This document shows positions 8,690-18,660 of a stretch of DNA of 64,000 nt, in pieces (position 1 is the stretch's first letter; the number at the start of each line of letters is the position of its first letter). Source of the DNA: Acidimicrobiales bacterium (GTDB taxonomy: Bacteria > Actinomycetota > Acidimicrobiia > Acidimicrobiales > RAAP-2); contig DASXFG010000063.1 of assembly GCA_036489715.1 (NCBI GenBank), positions 2,272 through 66,271 of the forward strand, in the 5' to 3' direction. The notes below the pieces were generated by a model. The model ran no database searches. It had not been told where the DNA came from and saw only the letters and a list, made by a program, of their open reading frames with translations. Both the position numbers and the translations under genes were made by a program.

Positions 8690-9505
8690 GTGACGGCCCT
8701 AGAGAGTTCGACCAAGGTTCGACTCGGAGGAACTCGCGGAGGGCCGAACACTCCCACCGTTCGCCAGGATCGCTGGTGGGTTCAACCGGTAGTGACGGTC
8801 TCCATCCTCACCGCCTTCGTGATCTATTCGACCTGGGCGGCGTTTCAGAACAAGAACTACTTCGTGGGTGCCAACCTCAATCGTGACCTGATCAGCCCGT
8901 TCTACTCACCTTGCCTGGCTGGCTCGTGCGTTCCCGGCGCAAAATTCGCATTCACATGGAACTGGTGGGAGATCTCCCCGGCGATCCTGATCCTGATCTT
9001 CCCCCTGGGCTTTCGCCTCACCTGCTACTACTACCGGCGCAGCTACTACCGGGCCTTTTGGTGGTCGCCGCCCGCCTGTGCGGTCGCCGACGCGCACGCC
9101 GCCTACTCGGGCGAGACCCGCATTCCGCTCATCATGCAAAACGCTCACCGGTACTTCTTCTACGCGGGCCTGGTCTTTAACGCTCTGCTCACCTACGACG
9201 CCGTACTGGCCTTTCATCAGCCCGGTATCGGCTGGGGTGTCACCATAGGCACGATCGTGCTCGTGGTGAACGCGAGCCTGCTCTGGCTCTACTCGCTCAG
9301 CTGCCACGCCTGTCGACACCTGTGCGGGGGCCAGGTCAAGAGCTTTAAGCAGCACCCGCTGCGCTACCGATTCTGGAAGTTCGTGACGCCCCTCAACGCC
9401 AAGCACATGAACTACGCCTGGGCCTCACTCGTCTTCGTCGCGGGCACCGACATCTACGTCCGGCTGGTCGCCTCGGGCGCGATCACCGACTACCGACTCT
9501 TCTAA
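8690..9505 (+). CDS. Succinate dehydrogenase membrane anchor, single large subunit (mycobacterial Sdh1 SdhC-like)
   Basis: About 271 aa polytopic protein directly upstream of sdhA/sdhB; GTG 8690 lies 7 nt after GGAGG; contains SCHACRHLCGG (9302-9325). Assignment rests on synteny and remembered similarity to Rv0249c-type anchors. Confidence 0.55.
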   Translation: MTALESSTKVRLGGTRGGPNTPTVRQDRWWVQPVVTVSILTAFVIYSTWAAFQNKNYFVGANLNRDLISPFYSPCLAGSCVPGAKFAFTWNWWEISPAILILIFPLGFRLTCYYYRRSYYRAFWWSPPACAVADAHAAYSGETRIPLIMQNAHRYFFYAGLVFNALLTYDAVLAFHQPGIGWGVTIGTIVLVVNASLLWLYSLSCHACRHLCGGQVKSFKQHPLRYRFWKFVTPLNAKHMNYAWASLVFVAGTDIYVRLVASGAITDYRLF

Positions 9506-9513
9506 GGACGACC

Positions 9514-11328
9514 GTGAGCGACACCTACGAACACCACGACTACGACGTCTTGATCATCGGGGCGGGCGGCGCCGGTCTGCGCGCGGCGATCGAAGCTCAA
9601 CAGCGGGGCCTGCGCGTGGGCATCATTTCGAAGTCTCTCCTCGGCAAAGCTCACACCGTCATGGCCGAAGGCGGCATGGCGGCCGCCATGGGCAACGTCT
9701 ACCCCGAGGACAACTGGAAGGTGCACTTCCGCGACACCATGCGGGGAGGCAAGTATCTCAACAACTACCGCATGGCCGAACTGCACGCCAAGGAGGCGCC
9801 GGCGCGCGTCTGGGAGCTCGAGCAGTGGGGGGCGCTCTTTGATCGCACCAAGGACGGCAAAATACTTCAGCGCGACTTCGGCGGTCACCGCTACGCGCGC
9901 CTCGCCCACGTGGGAGACCGCACCGGCCTCGAGCTGATTCGCACCCTCCAGCAAAAAGTTGTCTCGATGGGCATTGACGTCTTCATGGAGTGCAAGGTTC
10001 TTCGTCTGGTGCACGACAGCGAGGGACGCATCGCCGGATGCGTGGGGTACTGGCGCGCGAGCGGCGAGTTCGTGACCTTCCAAGCCAAGACCGTCATCCT
10101 CGCCACCGGAGGAGCCGGTAAGTCGTGGAAGTTCACCTCGAACTCCTGGGAGTCGACCGGTGACGGGCACGCCATGGCCCTGTGGGCCGGGGCGAACCTG
10201 ATCGATATGGAGTGCATCCAGTTCCATCCCACCGGCATGGTCTGGCCGCTCAGCGTGCGCGGCCTGCTGGTGACCGAGAGCGTGCGCGGCGACGGCGGGG
10301 TACTGCGCAACTCCAAGGGTGAGCGCTTCATGTTCAACTACGTGCCCGAGATGTTCCGCGCCGAAACGGCCGAGACCGAAGAAGAAGGGGATCGCTGGTA
10401 CGAGGATCACAACGCCGGACGCCGGCCACCCGAACTGTTGCCCCGCGACGAAGTCGCGCGCGCCATCAACTCTGAGGTGAAGGCCGGCAGGGGAAGCCCC
10501 CACGGCGGGGTCTTTCTCGACATCGCCTCGCGACGCACGTCGGAGTACATCAGACGGCGCCTGCCCTCGATGTACCACCAGTTCATGGAGTTGGCCGGCG
10601 TGGACATCACCCGCGAGGCGATGGAGATCGGCCCCACCTGCCACTACATAATGGGCGGCGTCCAGGTGGACGCCGACTCCCAGGAGACGGTGGTACCCGG
10701 TCTCTTCGCCGCCGGCGAGGTGGGCGGCGGCATGCACGGCGCCAACCGCTTGGGCGGCAACTCGCTGAGCGACTTGATCGTCTTTGGCCGCCGCGCCGGA
10801 ATTGGCGCCGCCGACTACATCGAGGCGGGCCACGCGGCCACGTCCTACGACCAGGGCGAGATCGACGAGGCCATCAACGAGGCCCTCGCCCCCTTCTCGC
10901 GCAGTGAGGGCGAGAACCCCTACACCATCCAGCACGACCTGCAAGAGATGATGCAGGCCAACGTCGGCATCATTCGCACCCAGAGCGAACTCGATACCGC
11001 GGCCAAGGAACTGGACGCCTTCGCCGACAGGGTGCGCCGCGTATCGGTCAAGGGCGCGCGCGCCTACAACCCCGGATGGAATCTGGCGACTGATCTGCCG
11101 AGCATGATCACCGTCTCGAAGGCGGCCACCCAGGGCGCCACCCTGCGTAAGGAGTCGCGCGGCGGCCACACTCGCGAGGACTATCCCAACGCGGACGCCG
11201 AGTACGCCAAGATCAACTTCGCCCAGTCGACGTCGAACGGGAAGTGGGACGGCGCCATCAACGTCGTCGAGTCGCCGCTCGCGGTGATGCCCGACGAGTT
11301 GAAGGCCCTACTAGAGGAGGCGAAGTAA
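9514..11328 (+). CDS. sdhA: Succinate dehydrogenase / fumarate reductase flavoprotein subunit
   Basis: DVLIIGAGGAGLRAA FAD fold, GKAHTVMAEGG, HPTG, GGNSLSDLIVFG; 604 aa. Confidence 0.9.
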   Translation: MSDTYEHHDYDVLIIGAGGAGLRAAIEAQQRGLRVGIISKSLLGKAHTVMAEGGMAAAMGNVYPEDNWKVHFRDTMRGGKYLNNYRMAELHAKEAPARVWELEQWGALFDRTKDGKILQRDFGGHRYARLAHVGDRTGLELIRTLQQKVVSMGIDVFMECKVLRLVHDSEGRIAGCVGYWRASGEFVTFQAKTVILATGGAGKSWKFTSNSWESTGDGHAMALWAGANLIDMECIQFHPTGMVWPLSVRGLLVTESVRGDGGVLRNSKGERFMFNYVPEMFRAETAETEEEGDRWYEDHNAGRRPPELLPRDEVARAINSEVKAGRGSPHGGVFLDIASRRTSEYIRRRLPSMYHQFMELAGVDITREAMEIGPTCHYIMGGVQVDADSQETVVPGLFAAGEVGGGMHGANRLGGNSLSDLIVFGRRAGIGAADYIEAGHAATSYDQGEIDEAINEALAPFSRSEGENPYTIQHDLQEMMQANVGIIRTQSELDTAAKELDAFADRVRRVSVKGARAYNPGWNLATDLPSMITVSKAATQGATLRKESRGGHTREDYPNADAEYAKINFAQSTSNGKWDGAINVVESPLAVMPDELKALLEEAK

Positions 11329-12107
11329 TGGCCCAGATCACCATGCGAGTCTGGCGCGGTGACGCCCAGGGCGGAGACTTCGAGAACTACAGTCTCGAGC
11401 AGAATGAGGGCGAGGTGGTCCTCGACGTGATCCACCGGATCCAGGCAACCGAAGCCCCGGATCTGGCGTGTCGCTGGAACTGCAAGGCCGGCAAGTGCGG
11501 CTCGTGCTCGGCCGAGATCAACGGCAAGCCGCGCCTCATGTGCATGACCCGCATCGACGCGCTACCCGAGGGTCCGATCACGGTCACGCCGATGAAGACG
11601 TTTCCGATCATTCGCGACCTGGTGACCGACGTCTCCTTCAACTACGTCCAGGCGGCCAAGGTGCCGGCACTCCTACCTCCGCCCATGCCCGAGGACGGCT
11701 ACCGCATGTACCAAGAGGACGTCGAGCGCGGTCAGGAGTTCCGCAAGTGCATCGAGTGCTTTATGTGCCAGGACGTCTGCCACGTGATTCGCGATCACGA
11801 GGACAACAAGGTCCACTACGCCGGTCCTCGATTCTTCATCCGCTACGCCGAGCTGGAAATGCATCCCCTCGACACCAACGACCGCCGCGATCTCATTCGC
11901 GAGGAGATGGGACTGGGGTACTGCAACATCACCAAGTGCTGCACCGAAGTGTGCCCCGAGCACATCAAGATCACCGACAACGCGATCATTCCCCTCAAGG
12001 AACGAGTAGTGGACGCCCACTACGATCCGATTGCCTGGTTCGGCCGCACCATCCGTCGCAAGCCCAAAAAGTCGGCCGCTGAGGCCGCCGTCCAGCCCGC
12101 TCCCTAA
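11328..12107 (+). CDS. sdhB: Succinate dehydrogenase iron-sulfur subunit
   Basis: TAATG overlap with the sdhA stop; CRWNCKAGKCGSCS [2Fe-2S] motif, CIECFMCQDVC and CNITKCCTEVCP cluster motifs. Confidence 0.9.
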   Translation: MAQITMRVWRGDAQGGDFENYSLEQNEGEVVLDVIHRIQATEAPDLACRWNCKAGKCGSCSAEINGKPRLMCMTRIDALPEGPITVTPMKTFPIIRDLVTDVSFNYVQAAKVPALLPPPMPEDGYRMYQEDVERGQEFRKCIECFMCQDVCHVIRDHEDNKVHYAGPRFFIRYAELEMHPLDTNDRRDLIREEMGLGYCNITKCCTEVCPEHIKITDNAIIPLKERVVDAHYDPIAWFGRTIRRKPKKSAAEAAVQPAP

Positions 12108-12469
12108 TGAGCGAGTTCCTCTCGCCGCAGTGGTTCGTGGCGCTCAGCGACAACCTCGCCTTGGCCGGTCCTCCACCCGCCGACGACGCCGTCACGGGCC
12201 TTCGCTACGTAGTTGAGCTGATCGGCGCACCCGACACCGTGCCCAACGAGATGACCTTCGCGGTCGACCCCCAAGGCGTCAGCGTGCGACCGGGCGACCA
12301 CGAGGTCGCCGACGCACTCATCGCGATCAGCTATGAGGACGCGCGGGATCTGGCCAGCGGAGCGTTGACCGCCGCTCACGCGGTGCGAGACGGTCGGCTC
12401 AAGATTCGCGGGGACGTGCACGGACTCGTGCCGCTGTTGACGTGGCTGCTCGGCGCGCGGGCCGAATAA
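12107..12469 (+). CDS. SCP2 (sterol-carrier-protein-2-like) domain protein
   Basis: 120 aa; C-terminal AVRDGRLKIRGDVHGLVPLLTWL matches the SCP2 hallmark (G.L.i.Gd); TAATG overlap with the sdhB stop. Confidence 0.55.
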   Translation: MSEFLSPQWFVALSDNLALAGPPPADDAVTGLRYVVELIGAPDTVPNEMTFAVDPQGVSVRPGDHEVADALIAISYEDARDLASGALTAAHAVRDGRLKIRGDVHGLVPLLTWLLGARAE

Positions 12470-12498
12470 CCCTCCTACGTCGCCAGCGTCCCGGCGAA

Positions 12499-13320
12499 CT
12501 ACGCGTCGCGCTTGGTGAGTTTTACTCCCGCGATGACCAACAGCGCGGCGGTATACGCGGCCAGAATCGCCAAGCCCACCCAGGGTGAGAAAGCGAAGGG
12601 GTGGTTGCCCCGAGTAATGACCGCGATGCCAATACGCGAGGGGGTGAACTTGATGATGTCGTGCTGCAGGGAGTTCGGAAGAGCTTGCAGGACCGAGGGC
12701 AGCACCAAGAGAATGCCGACGAAGGTGCTAATCGCTCCCGCGGTGTGGCGAATCAACGTGGCCAGACTCAGGGCGAAAAGCCCGATGAGAAAGAGGTAAA
12801 TCCCCGTCCCCGCCACTTCACGCAGCGCGTCAGGCGAGGACAAGGTGGCGTGAGTCGCCGGAGCCGTCAAGAGTGCCTGCCCGACGAAAAACGACAGGAA
12901 CGACGTCACCATCGATACCACCAGCGCCACGATGCCAAACACGCTGGCTTTGGCCGCGAGCACGCCGGGGCGACGAGGGGTGGCCGACAACGTGGCTCTG
13001 ATAGTTCCCGTTCCGTATTCGGTGCTCATCACGAGTACCCCGAGCACTCCAATGATCAGTTGGGCCACGAACACCCCCGTAAGGCTCAAACTGGTCGGAT
13101 CAAAGCCGAAGTGACGCGAGGTATCCCAGTGCGACGCCGTCTCGGCGGCGGCGATGGCGCTCACGCCGACGCCGACCACGATCGTTAGACCCAGCGTCCA
13201 TATGGTCGAGCGAACACTGACGAGCTTTGTCCACTCCGATCGCATCTGATCGAAGATCGAGTAGCGACCCGACGGCAGTTGCTTGTTCGACCCGAGGGTC
13301 ATCGGACTGGTCGTGCTCAC
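12499..13320 (-). CDS. ABC-2 type transporter permease
   Basis: 273 aa with six hydrophobic segments; 4-nt overlap with the upstream ATPase gene. Confidence 0.65.
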   Translation of the reverse strand: MSTTSPMTLGSNKQLPSGRYSIFDQMRSEWTKLVSVRSTIWTLGLTIVVGVGVSAIAAAETASHWDTSRHFGFDPTSLSLTGVFVAQLIIGVLGVLVMSTEYGTGTIRATLSATPRRPGVLAAKASVFGIVALVVSMVTSFLSFFVGQALLTAPATHATLSSPDALREVAGTGIYLFLIGLFALSLATLIRHTAGAISTFVGILLVLPSVLQALPNSLQHDIIKFTPSRIGIAVITRGNHPFAFSPWVGLAILAAYTAALLVIAGVKLTKRDA

Positions 13321-14258
13321 TGTTCCATCTCCTTTAGTGCATTTGCGATCTTTACGTCGGTGCCGCGATATTCGATACTGCCTTCGGTCAACTCCATGAA
13401 CGCCTCCTCGAGCGACTCCGTCTGAGGAGTGAGCTCATAGAGGACCACCGACAGGCGCGCCGCAAGTTCGCCGACTGCCTTGTGGTCTTTGCCGCGAACC
13501 GTGAGCGAACCGTCGTCCTCGATCGTGGTGGTCGCGCCATCGGACTCCAAAGCGCTGCGCAGGCCAGAAATGTCAGGCGACGAGACGCGAACCGACTTAC
13601 GCGCGCTCTGGGTGAGGAGATCGTCGATGGACGTCTGCACGATGAGACGACCCTTGCCGATGATGACCACCTCCTCGGCGGTCAGGGCCATCTCGCTCAT
13701 TAGGTGGCTGGAAACGAATACTGTACGGCCCTCGCGAGCGAGACTCTTGAGGAACGTCCGGACCCAGCGAATACCATCGGGGTCGAGCCCGTTCACGGGT
13801 TCGTCGAAGAGCAGCACCTCAGGGTCGCCCAACATCGCCGCCGCGATGCCGAGACGTTGGCCCATACCGAGCGAAAACTTTCCCGCGCGCTGATTCGCGA
13901 CCTCGGTGAGTCCGACAGTCTCGAGAACCTCATCGACGCGACGAGGATGAATGCGATTTGTCTGGGCGAGCATCAGCAAATGGTTGCGAGCACTGCGGCC
14001 CGGGTGAATGGCTTTGGCTTCGAGCAGCGCGCCCACTTCGTGCATGGGCCACGCAAGATCGTGAAAGTGGCGCCCATTGATAGTCGCGTCGCCAGCGGTG
14101 GGCAAATCGAGACCCATGACCATTCGCATGGTCGTCGACTTTCCCGAGCCGTTGGGTCCAAGAAATCCGGTGACGACACCCGGACGCACTTCGAAACTGA
14201 GCTGCTCCACGGCGACTTTGTCTCCGTAGCGCTTCGTAAGTCCTCGTGCTTGAATCAC
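13317..14258 (-). CDS. ABC transporter ATP-binding protein
   Basis: Walker A GPNGSGKST, signature FSLGMGQRL, Walker B LLFDEP. Confidence 0.85.
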   Translation of the reverse strand: MIQARGLTKRYGDKVAVEQLSFEVRPGVVTGFLGPNGSGKSTTMRMVMGLDLPTAGDATINGRHFHDLAWPMHEVGALLEAKAIHPGRSARNHLLMLAQTNRIHPRRVDEVLETVGLTEVANQRAGKFSLGMGQRLGIAAAMLGDPEVLLFDEPVNGLDPDGIRWVRTFLKSLAREGRTVFVSSHLMSEMALTAEEVVIIGKGRLIVQTSIDDLLTQSARKSVRVSSPDISGLRSALESDGATTTIEDDGSLTVRGKDHKAVGELAARLSVVLYELTPQTESLEEAFMELTEGSIEYRGTDVKIANALKEMEQ

Positions 14259-14452
14259 GGCGCCTCGCCTTCTTCGTGTCTGACCTCTTCAAACCCGACC
14301 AGTCTGGTGGATTCAAGGTACGAAAGTCGTCGTCCCCGCGGATCTTTCTTCCGTACTCCCCGCGATGTAAAGACTGCCCCGATTGCGTTCGCCGCGTACG
14401 CCCTGGGATGTAGTGCGCCGTCGTCTCGGGGGCGACGTTTCCGTGCGGTCCG

Positions 14453-15718
14453 GTGGGTAGCGTCATGGAGGTGGCGACCGTCGAAACTCCCTCCGAGAGT
14501 CTGCGACCGCCGCTCCTGCACCGCACCACGGCCCGTCAACTCCAGCTGGTCGACTTCGCGATCGCCGGGCTGTTGGTCTTGCTCTCGACACTGCACGCTC
14601 ACCAGAAGGCGTTCGTTGGTTCGGGCCTCGGCCACTTGCGCGTCCACCCCCACGATTTTTATCTCGTCGTCGCCATCGCGGTCATCGCCGGAGTGGCGAT
14701 CGCCATTCGTCGCCGCTACCCCATGGCCTCGCTCGTGCTGTTGGCTCTCGCCACGTCGATCGCGGTGGTTTCGGGCGAGGCCTACTTCGCGGAGCCATTC
14801 ATCGTCTTTCCGGTGTACCAGGTGGCCTCGCAGTACGAACGTCGTCGTTCGCTTCCGGCCGTGGTGACCACGTGCGCGATGTTTCTCGTCGCGATGCTTA
14901 TTTCGGTCGACTACCGCACGACTAACGGCGTCGGCTCTCTGGCCATTCTGGCGTCGATCGCCGCGTGGTTCGTCGGCGACAGCGTGCGGGTGCGCCGTAC
15001 GTACGTAGCGGGCCTCGCCGACCAGGCGGCCCTACGCCAGCGAGAGGTCCTCGAGCGCGCTCAGCGCTCGGTAGCCGAAGAGCGGCTCCAGATCGCCCGT
15101 GAGCTACACGATGTGGTGGCCCACAGCCTGAGCGTGATTGCGGTTCAATCGGGGGTGGGCCGCCACGTGATCGACCAACATCCCGAACAGGCGAAGAAAG
15201 CTCTCTCCGCGGTCGAGGAGACCAGTCGCACTGCGCTGGACGAACTGCGCCGCATGCTCGGCGTATTGCGCCACGACGACCTCCGACCCGCCTCGCTGCG
15301 CTCTTCGCCCGGGGTGAGTGCGCTTGATCAGCTCGCCCAACAAGTGCGAGACGCCGGCGTGCCCGTTGACCTGTGCGTCAGCACGTCGAGGGCCTCGCGA
15401 CTCTCGGCCAGCGCCGACCTGGCGATCTACCGCATTGCTCAAGAAGCACTCACCAACGTGGTCAAGCACACCGGCAACGCCGCCGCTCGAGTGGAGTTGC
15501 GTGATGAGCCCGACGCCCTCGTGCTCGAGGTGCTCGACGATGGAGGAGATATGGTTTCGTACCCTCTGACGAGCGACGACGTCGTGGCCCATCACGGCAT
15601 CGTCGGGATGCGCGAGCGCGTGGCGCTCTTTGCGGGCTCCCTCGAGGCGGCCCCTCGCCCCGAGGGCGGCTTCCGTGTGGTGGCGCGCCTTCCTGCAGCC
15701 GCGTTGGGCTCCATGTGA
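14453..15718 (+). CDS. Sensor histidine kinase (HisKA_3 / NarL-partner type, membrane-embedded sensing domain)
   Basis: H-box ARELHDVVAHSLS; N-terminal multi-TM region; HATPase C-terminus (LEVLDDG..GIVGMRERV). Confidence 0.8.
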   Translation: MGSVMEVATVETPSESLRPPLLHRTTARQLQLVDFAIAGLLVLLSTLHAHQKAFVGSGLGHLRVHPHDFYLVVAIAVIAGVAIAIRRRYPMASLVLLALATSIAVVSGEAYFAEPFIVFPVYQVASQYERRRSLPAVVTTCAMFLVAMLISVDYRTTNGVGSLAILASIAAWFVGDSVRVRRTYVAGLADQAALRQREVLERAQRSVAEERLQIARELHDVVAHSLSVIAVQSGVGRHVIDQHPEQAKKALSAVEETSRTALDELRRMLGVLRHDDLRPASLRSSPGVSALDQLAQQVRDAGVPVDLCVSTSRASRLSASADLAIYRIAQEALTNVVKHTGNAAARVELRDEPDALVLEVLDDGGDMVSYPLTSDDVVAHHGIVGMRERVALFAGSLEAAPRPEGGFRVVARLPAAALGSM

Positions 15719-16374
15719 CCAGCGTTCTGGTGGTCGATGATCAGACCCTGGTGCGGGCGGGCTTCTGCTTTTTGGTCGACTCCTCGCCGGACTTAGAAGT
15801 CGTCGGCGAGGCGGCGGACGGTCGCGACGCGGTCGCGATCGCCCGTCACACTCACCCCGACGTGGTGTTGATGGACGTGCGCATGCCTCACCTTGACGGT
15901 ATCGAGGCCACCCGTCAGATCTTGGGCGACCCCGAGGCCGGTCACACCCGGGTACTGATTCTGACGACCTTTGATCTCGATGAGTACGTCTACGCCGCCC
16001 TGCGGGCCGGAGCCAGCGGCTTTCTTCTCAAGGACACTCGGCCCGAGGACTTGCTCGAAGCCATCCGGATCGTCGCTGCGGGCAACGCTCTGCTCGCGCC
16101 GAGTGTGACGCGAACCTTGATCGAGGAGTTCGCCAAGCAGTCGTCTCCGACGTCGGTGGACGAAAGGGTGCTTGACCTCCTCACCCCGCGGGAGCGAGAA
16201 GTCCTCTGCAGCGTCGCACGGGGCCACTCGAATTCCGAGATCGCCGACGAACTCCACATGAGCGCCGCCACTGCGAAGACTCACGTCAGTCGGCTTCTGG
16301 CCAAACTGGGCGCACGCGACCGCGCGCAACTCGTGGTCATCGCGTACGAAACCGGCCTCGCCCAGTCTCTCTAA
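15715..16374 (+). CDS. Response regulator, NarL/LuxR family
   Basis: Receiver domain VLVVDDQ..DVVLMDVRMP; LuxR HTH LTPREREVL..IADELHMSAATAKTHV; 4-nt overlap with the kinase gene. Confidence 0.85.
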   Translation: MTSVLVVDDQTLVRAGFCFLVDSSPDLEVVGEAADGRDAVAIARHTHPDVVLMDVRMPHLDGIEATRQILGDPEAGHTRVLILTTFDLDEYVYAALRAGASGFLLKDTRPEDLLEAIRIVAAGNALLAPSVTRTLIEEFAKQSSPTSVDERVLDLLTPREREVLCSVARGHSNSEIADELHMSAATAKTHVSRLLAKLGARDRAQLVVIAYETGLAQSL

Positions 16375-16401
16375 GACACGCCGCTCGAAAGCGTCGCTCG
16401 T

Positions 16402-17391
16402 TTAAATGAGCCCGAGCGCTCTCACTTCGTCGCGCTCGGCAACGAGTTCATCAGTTGTGACCTTGATGCGATCCTTGGCGAAGTCGTCGAGATCAAAACC
16501 TTCCTTGACGTGCCACGATCCCTTACCATCCGACACCACCGGATAGCCGAAGGTAAGGCCCTCAGGGACGCCGTACTCGCCGTGGCTCGTCACCGCGACC
16601 GAGGCGCAGTCCTCGTTACTCGTCGCACCGACCAAGCTGCGCACGGTGTCAATCGCCGCGCTGGCGGCGCTGGCGGCGCTCGAGAGGCCGCGCGCTTCAA
16701 TAATGGCCGCACCGCGCTTTTGTACGGTGGTAATGAACTCGCCGCGCAGCCACTCCTGATCGGCAATAACATCCGTCGCTTTTGCGCCGCCGATCGTGGA
16801 GTTTGCGAAATCCGGGAATTGGGTCGCCGAGTGGTTGCCCCAGATAGCGAGATTCTTGATCGCGGCGACGGGCTGGGCTGAACGCTGCGCCAGTTGGGCG
16901 ACCGCCCGGTTTTGGTCGAGGCGGGTCATAGCGAACCAGCGATCTTCGGGCACGTCGGTGGCGTTGGAGCGCGCGATGAGACAGTTGGTGTTGCAGGGAT
17001 TACCCACCACCAGTACGCGCACGTCGCTCGCGGCGTGGCCCGCGATGGCGCGGCCCTGGGGTTGAAAGATTCCCCCGTTGATGTTGAGCAGGTCGCCGCG
17101 CTCCATGCCGGCTTTGCGAGGAATGGAGCCCACGAGTAGTGCCCAATTGGTGCCGTTAAAGGCGTGAGTGAGGTCGCTCGTCGCTTCGATACTCGCGAGC
17201 AGCGGGAAGGCGCAATCGTCCAGTTCCATCACGACGCCGTTGAGCGCCTTCATGGCGGGCTCAATTTCTAACAGGCGCAGCGCTACTGGCTGGTCGGGCC
17301 CAAATAGGTCGCCCGAGGCGATTCGAAACAACAGGCTGTAGCCGATCTGGCCCGCGGCGCCCGTCACCGTGACGTTGATGGGGGTGGTCAT
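16402..17391 (-). CDS. mdh: Malate dehydrogenase
   Basis: [21 protein letters not shown].. and IWGNHS motifs; 329 aa. Confidence 0.9.
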   Translation of the reverse strand: MTTPINVTVTGAAGQIGYSLLFRIASGDLFGPDQPVALRLLEIEPAMKALNGVVMELDDCAFPLLASIEATSDLTHAFNGTNWALLVGSIPRKAGMERGDLLNINGGIFQPQGRAIAGHAASDVRVLVVGNPCNTNCLIARSNATDVPEDRWFAMTRLDQNRAVAQLAQRSAQPVAAIKNLAIWGNHSATQFPDFANSTIGGAKATDVIADQEWLRGEFITTVQKRGAAIIEARGLSSAASAASAAIDTVRSLVGATSNEDCASVAVTSHGEYGVPEGLTFGYPVVSDGKGSWHVKEGFDLDDFAKDRIKVTTDELVAERDEVRALGLI

Positions 17392-17412
17392 GACTCTCCT
17401 TAGGGGGTTCGC

Positions 17413-18618
17413 TTAGAGGCGTTCGACGATGGCGGCGGCGAACTCCGAGCACTTCACTTCGGTGGCGCCGTCCATGAGCCGGGCGAAGTCGTAGGTGACG
17501 ATCTTCTCTTTGATCGTCGCCTCCAACGCCGAGATGATGTCTTCGGCGGCGTCTTGCCATCCCAGGTGCTCGAACATCAGTACCCCCGAGAGCAGCACCG
17601 AACCGGGATTCACCTTGTCCAAGCCCGCGTACTTGGGAGCAGTGCCGTGCGTGGCTTCAAAGATGCCGTGACCGCTGACGTAGTTGATGTTGGCGCCGGG
17701 CGCGATGCCAATACCGCCGACCTGGGCGGCCAATGCGTCGGAGAGATAGTCGCCGTTCAAGTTCATGGTCGCGATGACGTCGAACTCGCTCGCGCGCGTG
17801 AGGGCCTGTTGGAACGCGATGTCGGCGATGACGTCCTTGACGAGCATCTTGTCGCCCGGTTTGCCGTCGCAGTCGTCCCAGCCGACCGCGCGATCCGAAA
17901 ACTCCTCGCGCACAAGTTCATATCCCCACTTGCGAAAAGCACCCTCGGTGAACTTTTGGATATTGCCCTTGTGAACGAGGGTCACCGAGTTGCGGTGATG
18001 CTCGAGGGCGTAGATAATCGACGCACGGATCAAGCGGTCCGAACCGAACTTCGATATCGGCTTGACGCCGATTCCGCTCATTTCGCGAATGTCCCAGCCA
18101 AACTCGTCGTGCAGGTAGGAGCGCAGCTTCTCCGCCTCGGGGGTCCCCGCTTCGACCTCGAGTCCGGCGTACACGTCTTCGGTGTTTTCGCGAAAGATCA
18201 CCATGTCAACCAGCTCGGGGTGGATCACGGGAGAAGGCACGCCCTGGAACCAGCGCACCGGACGCAGGCAGACGTAGAGGTCGAGGATCTGGCGCAGTGC
18301 GACGTTTAGGGAGCGAAAGCCACCGCCGACGGGCGTCGTGAGCGGGCCCTTGATGCCAATGAGGTACTCGCGAAACACGCTGATGGTCTCTTCGGGCAGC
18401 CACTCGCCCGTCTCGTCGAAGGCCTTTTGGCCTGCGAGGACCTCTTTCCATTCGATGGTTTTGTCGTACTTCTTCGCCGCGGCGTCGAGCACCAGTTTGG
18501 CCGCGGGCCAGATGTCCACGCCGGTGCCGTCGCCCTCGATAAAGGGGATGATGGGGTTGTTCGATACCGCGAGGACGCCGTCCGCGCCCATCGTAATTTT
18601 TTCAGCCATATGTACCAT
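17413..18618 (-). CDS. icd: Isocitrate dehydrogenase (NADP-dependent, homodimeric type)
   Basis: [31 protein letters not shown] motifs. ATG at 18609 (MAEKIT) is an alternative start with an AGGA about 9 nt upstream. Confidence 0.9.
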   Translation of the reverse strand: MVHMAEKITMGADGVLAVSNNPIIPFIEGDGTGVDIWPAAKLVLDAAAKKYDKTIEWKEVLAGQKAFDETGEWLPEETISVFREYLIGIKGPLTTPVGGGFRSLNVALRQILDLYVCLRPVRWFQGVPSPVIHPELVDMVIFRENTEDVYAGLEVEAGTPEAEKLRSYLHDEFGWDIREMSGIGVKPISKFGSDRLIRASIIYALEHHRNSVTLVHKGNIQKFTEGAFRKWGYELVREEFSDRAVGWDDCDGKPGDKMLVKDVIADIAFQQALTRASEFDVIATMNLNGDYLSDALAAQVGGIGIAPGANINYVSGHGIFEATHGTAPKYAGLDKVNPGSVLLSGVLMFEHLGWQDAAEDIISALEATIKEKIVTYDFARLMDGATEVKCSEFAAAIVERL

Positions 18619-18660
18619 CCTAGGTACTATTTTCGCCCTTACTTTTGGCCGGCGGCGCCG

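Noticed and set aside
9502-11169. 555-aa minus-strand ORF antisense to sdhA
   Set aside because: A GC-rich antisense artefact with a repetitive Gly/Ala/His/Arg composition. The plus-strand frame carries all SdhA signatures.
18600-18640. GTACC-N6-GGTAC inverted repeat spanning the icd RBS and start
   Set aside because: It has only 5-bp arms in an AT-richer patch. It is plausible as chance and there is no supporting context.
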